DNA of 32,000 nt from Nitrosospira multiformis ATCC 25196 (GCF_000196355.1 NC_007614.1:2520001-2552000); one strand, 5' to 3'; shown: positions 8,350-18,245, numbered from the stretch's first letter. A program made the numbers and translations. Notes: generated by a model not told the origin, from the sequence alone.

Positions 8350-8354
8350 AAATT

Positions 8355-8387
8355 AAAACGGCGTAGGACTTGGGCCTACGCCGTTTT
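8355..8387. terminator. Bidirectional rho-independent terminator just downstream of ssb
   Basis: AAAACGGCGTAGG (8355-8367) and CCTACGCCGTTTT (8375-8387) form a 13-bp perfect stem with a 7-nt loop. A/T runs on both sides give a U-tract on either strand. It lies 22 nt after the ssb stop. Confidence 0.8.
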
Positions 8388-8409
8388 ATGATCGATTTAA
8401 TTAAGCTGT

Positions 8410-8868
8410 TCAGAACGGAATATCATCATCCATATCATCAAACCCGGTGCTGCTTCTGGCAGGCGCCCTGCCGCCGGATGAACTCGGCGCGAATCCGCCC
8501 TCTTCCCTCTCCGGAGCTTCATAGCTGGCTCCGCCGGGTTTGCTGCCAAGCATTTTCATATCGGTGGCGATGACATCGGTGGTATAGCGTTCGACACCCG
8601 ACTTGTCGGTCCATTTGCGCGTTTCGAGTCGTCCTTCGACATAGACGGAGCGTCCTTTCTTGAGGTATTCGCCTGCGATCTCAGCCAGCTTGCGGTAGAA
8701 GGTGACGCGATGCCACTCGGTTTTTTCCTGCTTTTCGCCGTTCTTGTCTTTCCAGGTCTCGGTGGTTGCCACGGTGATGTTCGTCACCGCGTCACCGTTC
8801 GGCATATAGCGCGTCTCGGGATCCTTGCCGAGGTTGCCGATGAGTATGACTTTGTTGACTGATGCCAT
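8410..8868 (-). CDS. ssb: Single-stranded DNA-binding protein
   Basis: 152 aa with an OB-fold N-terminus ([34 protein letters not shown]...WHRV), a Gly/Pro/Ser-rich linker and the acidic tail DDMDDDIPF. Confidence 0.97.
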   Translation of the reverse strand: MASVNKVILIGNLGKDPETRYMPNGDAVTNITVATTETWKDKNGEKQEKTEWHRVTFYRKLAEIAGEYLKKGRSVYVEGRLETRKWTDKSGVERYTTDVIATDMKMLGSKPGGASYEAPEREEGGFAPSSSGGRAPARSSTGFDDMDDDIPF

Positions 8869-10254
8869 TTATGCTTCCCCTCCAAGTAATTGAGCAACGC
8901 CCTGCTCATCAAAACCACGCATATCTACTTTCAGGTAAGCCACCCCTTCGCTCGCAAGCACCAGCGCCTCATGCACACCGGGCAGCGCCGCCAGTTGCCG
9001 CGAAAGCCCGTGGGCGGTGCCGGTATCCATTACCTGCACGTGGTACATCCTGGTACGAACAGCTGCGGGCGCCTTCATGGTAACGGCAAATATCAGCCAC
9101 AACATGAGAAGCGCCCCGCAGAATGCAAACAGTGCGGTACTTCCGTAATGCTGATAGAGATAGCCCCCGGCGCTGGCACCAATAAACGTACCCAGGAACT
9201 GGACACTGCTATAGACCCCGATGGCGGTGCCTTTTGCCCCTACGGGAGCGATCTTGGAAATGAGCGAAGGCAGCGTCGCTTCCAGCAGATTGAAGGCGGT
9301 GAAGAATACCAGCAGCGCACCCGCAGTGCCCCATATCGAATCGAATGTATAGGCCAGCAGGATCTGGCTTACCAGCAGCACAGCGACGGATATGACAAAC
9401 ACTTGCTTTAGCTTTGCCTTCTTTTCGCTATAGATGATCACTGGAATGATCAGCAGCATGGAAATGACCAGCGCGGGAAAATAGATTTGCCAGTGATGAT
9501 CCGCTGCCAGCCCTGCCTGCCGCAGCGATAGCGGTACCACCAGCCATAGGGCCATCAGTACGGCGTGCAATGCGAAGACACCAAAATCGAGGCGCAACAG
9601 TTCCGGATTTCGGAGGACATTAAAAATTCCCCCTGCGGACGCTTCCGTATCCGAATGGAACCGCCTGTCTGTCGGGTTGGGAACCACCCGCGAAACTACG
9701 ATCATCGCCAGCAGCACCAGCACCCCTGTCATGAAGAAAATTCCGGGCACGCCAATCATGCGGTTGAGCGACGGCGCAATGACCAGAGACAGCGCGAAGG
9801 TAGTTCCTATCGTCATGCCGATCGCCGCCATTGCCTTGGTGCGGTGTTCTTCGCGTGTGAGATCCGCGGCAAGCGCCATCACAGCCGCCGAAATCGCCCC
9901 TGCTCCCTGGATGACACGGCCAGCGATTACCCAGTAAATATCCGTTGCTGCGGCTGCGACAAAACTGCCCAGGGCGAACAGGAGCAGGCCGCCATAAATC
10001 ACCGGTTTGCGGCCGAAGCGATCAGACAGCCAGCCGAACGGAACCTGCAATATCGCCTGCGTCAACCCGTACGCGCCCAGTGCAATCCCGACCAGCGTGT
10101 AATTGTCGCCTCCCGGCAGATGTTCGGCGTAAAACGCGAATACCGGGAGAATGATGAACATTCCCAGCATGCGGAGGCCGTAAATACTCGCCAGGCCCGC
10201 GATCGCGCGTATCTCTGGGGGTGACAGTTTCTCGGAAGACGATGAGGGGGACAT
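8869..10254 (-). CDS. MFS transporter with a C-terminal ~60-aa ferredoxin-like (degenerate HMA-like) extension
   Basis: 461 aa with about 12 hydrophobic segments and the MFS loop motif [11 protein letters not shown]. The stop TAA 8869-8871 abuts the ssb ATG (TAAATG), and a GGAGG for ssb lies inside its 3' end. Confidence 0.9.
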   Translation of the reverse strand: MSPSSSSEKLSPPEIRAIAGLASIYGLRMLGMFIILPVFAFYAEHLPGGDNYTLVGIALGAYGLTQAILQVPFGWLSDRFGRKPVIYGGLLLFALGSFVAAAATDIYWVIAGRVIQGAGAISAAVMALAADLTREEHRTKAMAAIGMTIGTTFALSLVIAPSLNRMIGVPGIFFMTGVLVLLAMIVVSRVVPNPTDRRFHSDTEASAGGIFNVLRNPELLRLDFGVFALHAVLMALWLVVPLSLRQAGLAADHHWQIYFPALVISMLLIIPVIIYSEKKAKLKQVFVISVAVLLVSQILLAYTFDSIWGTAGALLVFFTAFNLLEATLPSLISKIAPVGAKGTAIGVYSSVQFLGTFIGASAGGYLYQHYGSTALFAFCGALLMLWLIFAVTMKAPAAVRTRMYHVQVMDTGTAHGLSRQLAALPGVHEALVLASEGVAYLKVDMRGFDEQGVAQLLGGEA

Positions 10255-10262
10255 GAATCAGA

Positions 10263-10296
10263 TTGGGAAAACGCGGAAACTTGAGTATATTAACAG
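10263..10296 (+). promoter_or_regulatory. Candidate uvrA promoter (TTGGGA-17 nt-TATATT) overlapped by a degenerate LexA/SOS-box-like site TTGAGTATATTAACAG
   Basis: -35 at 10263-10268 and -10 at 10286-10291. The 16-mer at 10281-10296 matches CTGT-N8-ACAG at 6 of 8 conserved positions. It lies ~70 nt upstream of the uvrA ATG, in the uvrA/ssb-operon divergent region where E. coli has an SOS box. Confidence 0.3.
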
Positions 10297-10366
10297 GTTT
10301 GGCCGGTTCTCAGGTAGCCTTGCCTCGGTGGACGAGCAGGCGCCGGACCGTCAGCGAAAGGAGTCA

Positions 10367-13201
10367 ATGGAACTCATCAAGATCCGCGGTGCGCGCACGC
10401 ACAACCTCAAAAACATCAACCTCGACTTGCCGCGCAACAAGCTTGTCGTCATTACGGGCCTGTCCGGCTCGGGCAAGTCTTCGCTGGCGTTCGACACGCT
10501 CTATGCGGAAGGCCAACGGCGTTATGTGGAATCGCTCTCAGCGTACGCCCGCCAGTTCCTGCAATTGATGGAAAAACCGGATGTCGATCTGATTGAAGGA
10601 TTATCGCCCGCCATAGCCATAGAGCAGAAGGCGACTTCCCATAACCCGCGTTCGACTGTCGGCACTGTCACTGAAATACATGATTACCTGCGCCTGCTTT
10701 TCGCACGGGTAGGAGATCCGCAGTGCCCCGATCATGGCATCACGCTGACTGTGCAGAGCGTTTCCCAGATGGTCGATCATGTGCTGCGACTGCCGCCGGA
10801 TACCCGGCTGATGATACTTGCTCCACTGGTAGTGGGGCGCAAGGGCGAGCAGGTGGAGTTGATCGATGAACTGCGCGCGCAGGGCTTCATCCGGCTGCGG
10901 ATCGACGGGAAAGTATACGAAATCGACGCCCTGCCCAAGCTGCAAAAAAACCAGAAGCATACGATCGAGGTGGTAATCGACAGGCTCAAGGTTTCACCGG
11001 ATTCGAAGCAGCGGTTGGCGGAATCATTCGAAACCGCCCTGCGCCACGCCGAGGGGCGCGCACTGGCGGTAGAGATGGATTCCGGGGCAGAGCATCTTTT
11101 TTCAGCCAGGTTCAGTTGCCCGATATGCAGCTATTCGCTGCCCGAACTCGAACCCCGTCTGTTTTCGTTCAACAACCCCATGGGCGCCTGCCCCAAATGC
11201 GATGGCCTGGGCAGAATCACCTTCTTCGATCCCAAACGGATCGTCGCGTTTCCGCATCTGTCACTGGCGGCCGGCGCCATCAAGGGATGGGACAGGCGCA
11301 ACCAGTTTTATCATCAATTACTGGCGAGCCTGGCCAGTCATTACGATTTTGATCTGGAAATACCTTTCGAGCAATTGAACAGCCATATTCAGGATCTCAT
11401 CCTGAATGGATCCGGCAATGAAAAAATCACGTTTTCGTATCTGAACGAAAACGGATCGAGAAATTATCGCAAGCATACGTTCGAGGGAATCCTTCCCAAC
11501 CTGGAACGGCGCTACAAGGAAACCGATTCAGTTACCGTACGCGAGGAACTGGCGAAATACCTGAATTCCCAGCTCTGCCCTGAATGTGCCGGAACCCGCT
11601 TGCGGCGGGAAGCTCGCCATGTGCATGTAGGCGGCATGGCAATATATGAAATCAACGCTTTGCCGCTGAAAGAAGCAAAGGTTTTTTTCGACCAGGTGAC
11701 GCTGACCGGGCATAAGCTTGCCATTGCAGAGAAGATCATCAAGGAAATCTCAAGCCGTATATCATTTCTCAACAATGTCGGACTGGACTACCTGTCGCTG
11801 GATCGCTCCGCCGATACCTTGTCCGGAGGGGAATCCCAGCGCATCCGGCTTGCCAGCCAGATCGGATCAGGTCTCACCGGTGTGATGTATGTGCTCGATG
11901 AGCCTTCCATCGGCCTGCACCAGCGGGACAACAGCCGCCTGCTGAAAACCCTCAAGAATCTGCGCGATCTCGGCAACAGCGTGATCGTGGTGGAACACGA
12001 TCAGGATGCAATACTGACCGCCGATCACGTGATAGACATGGGTCCGGGAGCCGGTGAGCATGGTGGAGCCATTATCGCTCAGGGTACGCCGGAAGCTATC
12101 CAGCGCGACGCCGGTTCCCTTACCGGAAAATACCTTTCGGGCGAATTGACCATAAGCACGCCCGAAAAACGCACCGAACCGAAAAATGACCGCTGGCTGC
12201 GGATTGAAGGCGCATCCGGAAACAACCTGAAAAACGTCACCCTGAACCTGCCCGTGGGATTGTTCGTTTGCGTTACCGGTGTATCCGGCTCGGGTAAATC
12301 CACTCTCATCAACGAAACGCTCTATCAAGCCGCTGCCCGGCATCTTTATGGCAGCGCAACAGAACCCGCTCCCTATCAGAATCTGGAAGGACTGGCGTTT
12401 TTCGACAAAGTGATCAGCGTGGACCAAAGCCCCATCGGACGCACGCCACGCTCGAATCCAGCCACTTATACCGGCTTGTTCACTCCGATCCGGGAGTTAT
12501 TTGCGGGTGTGCCGCAGGCGCGGGAACGCGGCTATGGACCGGGGCGGTTTTCGTTCAATGTGAAGGGGGGGCGTTGCGAAGCCTGCCAGGGTGACGGCAT
12601 GATCAAGGTGGAAATGCACTTTCTCCCCGATATCTATGTATCGTGCGATGTCTGCCACGGCAAGCGCTACAACCGCGAAACGCTGGAGATTCAATACAAG
12701 GGAAAAAACATTCATGAAATCCTGCAGATGACGGTAGAGCAGGCGCATGAATTTTTCAGTCCCGTACCCGTGGTGGCGCGCAAGCTCCAGACCTTGCTGG
12801 ATGTCGGCCTGGGTTACATCAGCCTGGGCCAATCGGCAACGACGCTTTCAGGCGGCGAAGCGCAACGGGTGAAACTGTCGCTGGAGCTCTCCAAACGGGA
12901 TACCGGACGTACGCTCTACATTCTGGATGAACCCACCACCGGGCTTCATTTCCAGGATATCGACCTCCTGCTCAAAGTGTTGCATCGATTGCGCGACCAT
13001 GGCAATACAGTGGTCGTGATCGAACACAACCTGGATGTGATCAAGACTGCGGACTGGATTATCGATCTCGGCCCCGAAGGCGGCGAAGGGGGCGGTGAAA
13101 TCATCGCACAGGGTCCGCCGGAGGAAATAGCAGCGAATGAAAGAAGCTTTACCGGGCATCACCTCAGGGGCATGCTGGAGAATCTTCACGCGACCGCCTG
13201 A
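10367..13201 (+). CDS. uvrA: Excinuclease ABC subunit A
   Basis: [44 protein letters not shown]..., two ABC modules ([14 protein letters not shown] signatures) and zinc-finger Cys clusters. I chose ATG 10367 with AAGGAG at 10358-10363. The track's 10253 start adds 38 non-conserved residues and overlaps the divergent gene. Confidence 0.97.
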   Translation: MELIKIRGARTHNLKNINLDLPRNKLVVITGLSGSGKSSLAFDTLYAEGQRRYVESLSAYARQFLQLMEKPDVDLIEGLSPAIAIEQKATSHNPRSTVGTVTEIHDYLRLLFARVGDPQCPDHGITLTVQSVSQMVDHVLRLPPDTRLMILAPLVVGRKGEQVELIDELRAQGFIRLRIDGKVYEIDALPKLQKNQKHTIEVVIDRLKVSPDSKQRLAESFETALRHAEGRALAVEMDSGAEHLFSARFSCPICSYSLPELEPRLFSFNNPMGACPKCDGLGRITFFDPKRIVAFPHLSLAAGAIKGWDRRNQFYHQLLASLASHYDFDLEIPFEQLNSHIQDLILNGSGNEKITFSYLNENGSRNYRKHTFEGILPNLERRYKETDSVTVREELAKYLNSQLCPECAGTRLRREARHVHVGGMAIYEINALPLKEAKVFFDQVTLTGHKLAIAEKIIKEISSRISFLNNVGLDYLSLDRSADTLSGGESQRIRLASQIGSGLTGVMYVLDEPSIGLHQRDNSRLLKTLKNLRDLGNSVIVVEHDQDAILTADHVIDMGPGAGEHGGAIIAQGTPEAIQRDAGSLTGKYLSGELTISTPEKRTEPKNDRWLRIEGASGNNLKNVTLNLPVGLFVCVTGVSGSGKSTLINETLYQAAARHLYGSATEPAPYQNLEGLAFFDKVISVDQSPIGRTPRSNPATYTGLFTPIRELFAGVPQARERGYGPGRFSFNVKGGRCEACQGDGMIKVEMHFLPDIYVSCDVCHGKRYNRETLEIQYKGKNIHEILQMTVEQAHEFFSPVPVVARKLQTLLDVGLGYISLGQSATTLSGGEAQRVKLSLELSKRDTGRTLYILDEPTTGLHFQDIDLLLKVLHRLRDHGNTVVVIEHNLDVIKTADWIIDLGPEGGEGGGEIIAQGPPEEIAANERSFTGHHLRGMLENLHATA

Positions 13202-13226
13202 ATGCATTGAGAGATCGAGGCGCGTG

Positions 13227-14582
13227 ATGAATGCTCGGGCACTCCTGCTCAACAGCTTCGAGGCCGCGCTCGCCGCAGCCGATCCGTTGCGTGTCGTATC
13301 CCCGCATCTTGCTTCCGTATCATCGTGCGCGCTTGCAGTCAAACAGCATGAAGGCTGCATTAGGGACCATATCAGGGGCCATGTCGAGGGACGAGCCCTG
13401 GTGGTAGGTGCAGGCAAGGCTGCGGCGGCAATGGCGCAGGCTGTGGAAACCCATTGGCCTCAAGAGATGCCTTTGAGCGGAATCGTACTCACCCGCTATG
13501 GTCACGGCCTGCCCCTCGAGCGAATCCGGTTGATAGAAGCAGGCCATCCGCTGCCCGACGAAAGCGGGGAGCAAGGGGCTCGTGCCATTCTGGCGGAAAT
13601 AGAAAAACTGGGAGCTGGCGATTTCCTGCTGTGCTTGCTGAGTGGGGGCGGCTCCAGTCTTCTGTCGGTACCGGTAACCGGCATATCGCTCAATGATCTC
13701 CGCGATGTCACTACCCAACTGCTGCGCAGCGGTGCAGCCATCCAGGAAATCAATACTGTACGAAAGCATCTCTCTGCGACAGCGGGCGGGCGATTGGCGG
13801 CTTTGAGCCGTGCGCCGGTATTGGCGCTGATCATTTCCGATGTGACAGGAGACGATCCGACCCATATTGCTTCCGGCCCCTGCGCACCTGATCCCACGAC
13901 GTTCTCCGATGCGCTCGCCATACTCGAACACTATAAAATCAATGCCTCGGCAGCCGTGACGGAAACGTTGCGTGCAGGAGTGGAAGGCAGGCTCAGGGAG
14001 ACGCCCAAACCAGGGGAGGCCGTTTTCGATCAAGTGGAAAACCGGGTGATTGCAACAGCGCATGCTTCACTCGTGGCAGCTGCAGAATATTTTTGTGCCC
14101 AAGGAATTCCAGCTGTAGTGCTGGGAGATTCCGTTACCGGGGAAGCACGCGAGGTGGCGAAGGTCTTCGCCGCGATGGCGAAGGAAGTGCGGCAATATGG
14201 GCGGCCGTGGAAGCGGCCGGTAGCCCTGATCTCAGGAGGCGAAACGACAGTCACATTGCGGGAAAATGAACAAGGATATAAGAAGGAGGGACGGGGGGGC
14301 CGCAATACCACGTTCCTGCTGTCGCTCGCTATCGAGCTGAACGGTGCCGCAAACATCTATGCGCTCGCATGCGATACCGATGGCATAGACGGTACTGAAA
14401 ACAATGCAGGCGCGCTCATCACCCCGGACTCCCTCAGGCGTGCCACCGATCAGCGCATGAACCCTTCATCCTTGCTGACCTGTAATAATGCCTATGCCTT
14501 CTTTGAAGCACTGGGCGATCTGGTCACGACCGGCCCGACCCGAACCAACGTCAACGACTACCGCGTCATACTGATTTTGTAA
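13227..14582 (+). CDS. MOFRL-family glycerate 2-kinase / hydroxypyruvate reductase-like protein
   Basis: VVGAGKAAAAMAQAVE, LLSGGGSSLL, ALISGGETTVTL and GRGGRNTTFLLSLA are the DUF4147+MOFRL patterns. ATG 13227 follows GAGG and avoids overlapping uvrA. Confidence 0.85.
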   Translation: MNARALLLNSFEAALAAADPLRVVSPHLASVSSCALAVKQHEGCIRDHIRGHVEGRALVVGAGKAAAAMAQAVETHWPQEMPLSGIVLTRYGHGLPLERIRLIEAGHPLPDESGEQGARAILAEIEKLGAGDFLLCLLSGGGSSLLSVPVTGISLNDLRDVTTQLLRSGAAIQEINTVRKHLSATAGGRLAALSRAPVLALIISDVTGDDPTHIASGPCAPDPTTFSDALAILEHYKINASAAVTETLRAGVEGRLRETPKPGEAVFDQVENRVIATAHASLVAAAEYFCAQGIPAVVLGDSVTGEAREVAKVFAAMAKEVRQYGRPWKRPVALISGGETTVTLRENEQGYKKEGRGGRNTTFLLSLAIELNGAANIYALACDTDGIDGTENNAGALITPDSLRRATDQRMNPSSLLTCNNAYAFFEALGDLVTTGPTRTNVNDYRVILIL

Positions 14583-14672
14583 ATCTTCGGCAGGAGGTCC
14601 GCATCCCTAGATGGCGCCGGAACCTCCTTTCGGCTTGATGATACCTATTGCGGAATCTTTCGCTGCTTGCAA

Positions 14673-14717
14673 ATGTCACAAAATCGCAATACTGTTTACA
14701 TATCATCGAAATATAAG
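14673..14717 (+). promoter_or_regulatory. Candidate Pho box plus -10 (TATAAG) upstream of phoB
   Basis: 11-bp-phased half-sites: TGTCACAAAAT (14674), CGCAATACTGT (14685, weak) and TTACATATCAT (14696). They resemble E. coli CTGTCAT/CTTACAT half-sites. TATAAG lies at 14712-14717, with no -35. Confidence 0.35.
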
Positions 14718-14764
14718 AAAAAATCAAAAACGGAGAAGATTCTGACGACAGAAGGAATGATCTA

Positions 14765-15469
14765 ATGGCAGCAACGATACTGGTGGTGGAAGATGAACCC
14801 GCGATCCAGGAGCTGATCTCATATAGTCTTCGGCAGGCCAAGCATACGGTTTCCTCGACAAAAAACGCAGAGGAAGCCATGAAAATCATCAATCATACGC
14901 TACCCGACCTGGTGCTCCTGGATTGGATGCTGCCCGGGATGAGTGGCGCCGATTTTGCCCGCATGCTGCGGCGCGCTGCCCGCACAAAGGATATTCCCAT
15001 TATTATGCTCACCGCCCGTGCGGACGAGAGCGACAAGGTGACCGGCCTGGAAAGCGGCGCCGACGATTACATTACCAAGCCTTTTTCGCCCCGGGAACTG
15101 CTGGCGAGAATCAAGGCCGTGCTACGGCGGCGCGCTCCCGAAGCCGCCGACGATGTTGTGGAGATCGGTGGACTGCGCCTGGATTCGGCCACCCATCGCG
15201 TCACTGCGAATGAGATTGAAGTCGTGCTCGGGCCCACCGAATTCCGCTTGCTGCACTATCTCATGACTCATTCCGAACGGGTACATAGCCGTTCCCAATT
15301 GCTCGATCAGGTATGGGGCGATCATGTATTTGTCGAGGACCGTACCGTGGATGTGCATATCCGCCGCCTGCGCAAGGCCCTCGAAAACGTCGACAAGGAT
15401 GGACTGGTGCAGACAGTGCGGGGCTCCGGCTATCGCCTTTCGGCAGGTCAAGCAGTGAACGCGGGATGA
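14765..15469 (+). CDS. phoB: Phosphate regulon response regulator (OmpR/PhoB family)
   Basis: Receiver domain (ILVVEDEPAI, DLVLLDWMLPGMSG, KPF) plus a winged-helix output (TEFRLLHYLM, VDVHIRRLRKAL, VRGSGYRL). It is followed by phoR. Confidence 0.92.
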   Translation: MAATILVVEDEPAIQELISYSLRQAKHTVSSTKNAEEAMKIINHTLPDLVLLDWMLPGMSGADFARMLRRAARTKDIPIIMLTARADESDKVTGLESGADDYITKPFSPRELLARIKAVLRRRAPEAADDVVEIGGLRLDSATHRVTANEIEVVLGPTEFRLLHYLMTHSERVHSRSQLLDQVWGDHVFVEDRTVDVHIRRLRKALENVDKDGLVQTVRGSGYRLSAGQAVNAG

Positions 15470-15509
15470 AAGCGGGAATGATCTGTTGTAATCGTTCCAA
15501 CTGACGTTC

Positions 15510-16811
15510 GTGTCCGGTTTCTGGGGGCATTTTGCCAATCTCGTACTGATTGCCGTTGTAAGCGGAGTACTGATGACTGTGTCCGGCGCAGCCGCGGCGC
15601 TGACATTTTATGTCGTTGTTCTGTTCCTGCTGGTCCTGCGCCACTCGCACAATCTGAAGCGCCTGGACCGCTGGCTTCGTAGTGAAGAAGCTGTGCTACC
15701 CGACAGCTCCGGCAGATGGGGAGATGTATTCGCGCGCCTGGCCCGGCTCATGCGCGATCAAAAACAAACCCACCAAAACCTCAGTTCCGCTCTGGAGCGC
15801 CTGCGGAGCGCCACCTCAGCCATGCCCGAGGGAGTGGTCATCCTCGATGAAATGGACCGCATCGAATGGTGCAATCCAGTGGCCGAAAAACATCTGGGCA
15901 TCAATGCCAGTCTCGATACCGGGCAGCATATCACGCATCTGATGCGTCAAACCCAGTTCGCGGAATATCTTGCCGCGCGGAATTACAAGGAACCCCTGGT
16001 GATCAAACAACCGCGGCAGCACGAGTTGACGCTCTCGCTGCAGTTCGTTCCTTATGGCGACAAGCAGAAACTGCTCCTCAGCCGTGATATAACCAAGCTT
16101 GAAAGAATCCAGACCATGCGCCGCGATTTTGTCGCCAACGTCTCGCATGAACTGCGCACGCCTTTGACCGTCATCGGTGGGTTTCTCGAAACGCTGTCGG
16201 ACGATAATCAACCCGATCCCGATACCCGCAAATGGGCATTGGAATTGATGAGCGAGCAGACGCGACGCATGCAAAGCCTGGTGGAGGATCTGTTGACTCT
16301 GTCGAGGCTCGAGAATACGGAAAACCAGGTGCGCGAGGAGCACGTCAACATACCGGAAATGTTGCGAACGCTGTATGAGGAAGCGAAATCCCTGAGTGGA
16401 GGACACCATCGCATCACGCTCGAGCTCGATACAACCACAAAACTCCTGGGCAACCTGTTTGACCTGCGCAGCGCCTTCATCAATCTGATCAGCAATGCCA
16501 TACGCTATACTCCTGATGGAGGGAATATAACGCTGCGCTGGGCAATTCAGGACGGGAAAGGTGTATTTTCGGTGCAGGACACGGGGATAGGGATTGAACC
16601 CGAACATATCTCGCGCCTGACGGAGCGTTTTTATCGCGTCGACCGTGGCCGATCGCGTGAAACCGGAGGCACCGGCCTCGGTCTTGCCATTGTCAAGCAC
16701 GTGCTCAGCGGTCACCAGGCGAAGCTGGAAATTACCAGCGAACCGGGCAAAGGCAGTCGCTTCAGCGCAGTGTTTCCGGCTACCCGGCTTCTGATACAGC
16801 AAGGTGAGTAA
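15510..16811 (+). CDS. phoR: Phosphate regulon sensor histidine kinase
   Basis: Two N-terminal TM helices, a PAS-like region, the H-box FVANVSHELRTPLT, and N/G boxes (LISNAIRYTP, DTGIGI, GGTGLGLAIVKH). GTG start at 15510. Confidence 0.92.
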   Translation: MSGFWGHFANLVLIAVVSGVLMTVSGAAAALTFYVVVLFLLVLRHSHNLKRLDRWLRSEEAVLPDSSGRWGDVFARLARLMRDQKQTHQNLSSALERLRSATSAMPEGVVILDEMDRIEWCNPVAEKHLGINASLDTGQHITHLMRQTQFAEYLAARNYKEPLVIKQPRQHELTLSLQFVPYGDKQKLLLSRDITKLERIQTMRRDFVANVSHELRTPLTVIGGFLETLSDDNQPDPDTRKWALELMSEQTRRMQSLVEDLLTLSRLENTENQVREEHVNIPEMLRTLYEEAKSLSGGHHRITLELDTTTKLLGNLFDLRSAFINLISNAIRYTPDGGNITLRWAIQDGKGVFSVQDTGIGIEPEHISRLTERFYRVDRGRSRETGGTGLGLAIVKHVLSGHQAKLEITSEPGKGSRFSAVFPATRLLIQQGE

Positions 16812-16933
16812 ATAGTAGCCTGCTGCGCGCGGTATAATCGGCTGAATACCATTTCCCCGGAAAGCGGATAACGGATGCAACGAGCAGTGGAACAAACAGA
16901 TCCCGCCGCGGACAATATATCCCTATCCATCGC

Positions 16934-17533
16934 ATGAAGAGACGTACCGTTCCTATGTCCAGAACCCGGCCTGAACATCCCGACCTTACCGAGACCACCG
17001 TCAGCAGTCAGAAGGTTTTTGAAGGCGACCTCCTGCATGTCTATCAGGACCATGCACGCCTCCCAGACGGCAAAGTGAAAATACGCGAGTACATCGCCCA
17101 CCCTGGCGCGGTGGTCATTATCCCATTGCTCGACAATGGCGAACTGGTGCTGGAACGTCAGTTCCGCTACCCGCTGCATCGGGATTTTTACGAATTGCCC
17201 GCTGGAAAAATCGACTCCGGGGAGGATCCACTTGCATGCGCGCAACGGGAACTGCTGGAAGAAACCGGTTATACAGCGAAAAGCTGGCGTTATATCACTA
17301 CCCTGCATCCCTGCATCGGTTACTCGAATGAAAAACTGATCTACTATCTCGCACAGGAACTCACCTTTGAGGGGGCAAACCTCGATGATGGAGAATACCT
17401 GGAGATATTTACCCTGCCGCCGGCAGAAGCACTGGAATGGATAAAGGAAGGAAAAATTACCGACAATAAATCGGTGTCAGGTTTGTTCTGGGCGGAGAAG
17501 ATATTGAGAGGCGAGTGGGCAGTAAAGGAATAG
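16934..17533 (+). CDS. NUDIX hydrolase, ADP-ribose pyrophosphatase-like
   Basis: Nudix box GKIDSGEDPLACAQRELLEETGY. The N-terminal beta region (VFEGDLLHVYQDHARLPDGK) is as in NudF. The start could instead be the Met at 16955. Confidence 0.85.
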   Translation: MKRRTVPMSRTRPEHPDLTETTVSSQKVFEGDLLHVYQDHARLPDGKVKIREYIAHPGAVVIIPLLDNGELVLERQFRYPLHRDFYELPAGKIDSGEDPLACAQRELLEETGYTAKSWRYITTLHPCIGYSNEKLIYYLAQELTFEGANLDDGEYLEIFTLPPAEALEWIKEGKITDNKSVSGLFWAEKILRGEWAVKE

Positions 17534-17612
17534 AAGAGAAAAGTAGCAGAGATTGTACAAATCAGGTGGTTCGGCTGCCCAAAGCTTTTGGCCTAAAAAA
17601 CTTCGCCTGTCC

Positions 17613-18245
17613 CTATTGATCTGCGCGTGATCGCAGTCGCTGGGGCGTACAAAGTTTATTGAGCAGGGTAATGGCAGAGAACGTGTTGCTCCCACCGCGG
17701 CCTTTTCCTGCCTGGTCATGCACTCTGCTTATTTCCAGAGTATCTCCCTGTACCTGCGCACTTACAGTGTAGGCATCGAAACCGAAATCTTTACCGAAGT
17801 CGATCCAGTCGATGGGTAGAATAAACTCCGCTCCGTTGACTATACGCCTGGCATTCAAACCAGCAGGCAGATTACTCTCTTGTGGCGCTTTCAATACCTG
17901 GGGCAGGACAGTCTTATCGGACTGAAGCTCCGTTTCATACACCAGAACCTTATCGCCATTTTCTTTATTTATCGGAATGAGGAAAACATAGACTTTTCCA
18001 TGCAGTATACGCAGCAGCAAGTGATCCGCAACTTCCCCCTGCCCTCTTTCTCCCCTGGTCTTCGCCTGAAATACCAGATGATCATCCGGAGAAATATCGG
18101 TGGTCACAGATAGAATATCGAGCTCGGGAGACAACCCTTTGTCCATGAAAGATACGATCGTACGGGGATCGGCATCGATCTGCATGGCGGATGCAGTGAG
18201 AGAGAAGACCATCAGCAGTGGGAGCAGTACATTTGAGCGACTCAT
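17613..18245 (-). CDS. Exported hypothetical protein, translationally coupled to the SCO1-like gene
   Basis: 210 aa with signal peptide MSRSNVLLPLLMVFSLTASA. Its ATG overlaps the upstream TGA (ATGA at 18242-18245). No motif recognised. Confidence 0.6.
   Translation of the reverse strand: MSRSNVLLPLLMVFSLTASAMQIDADPRTIVSFMDKGLSPELDILSVTTDISPDDHLVFQAKTRGERGQGEVADHLLLRILHGKVYVFLIPINKENGDKVLVYETELQSDKTVLPQVLKAPQESNLPAGLNARRIVNGAEFILPIDWIDFGKDFGFDAYTVSAQVQGDTLEISRVHDQAGKGRGGSNTFSAITLLNKLCTPQRLRSRADQ

Larger units (their letters stand above)
2450..8350. other. Compositionally distinct (AT-richer) genomic island carrying one four-gene operon; boundaries approximate
   Basis: By eye, GC drops from mid-50s % in comEA and ssb to low-40s % between them (not computed). 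All four ORFs are co-directional and junction-coupled. No integrase, tRNA or convincing flanking direct repeats were found. Confidence 0.7.

Noticed and set aside
9565-10224. 219-aa + strand ORF, and similar shadows at 8890..9411, 11867..12427, 12848..13417, 13320..14063 and 29076..29777
   Set aside because: These are antisense shadows of the MFS transporter, uvrA, glycerate kinase and mnmA genes.
10253-10366. 38-codon N-terminal extension of uvrA in the track
   Set aside because: The conserved UvrA N-terminus begins at MELIKIRG (ATG 10367), which has a strong AAGGAG. The extension would overlap the divergent MFS start and the promoter region.
15816-16895. 359-aa minus-strand ORF
   Set aside because: Antisense to phoR, whose + frame carries the H, N and G boxes.
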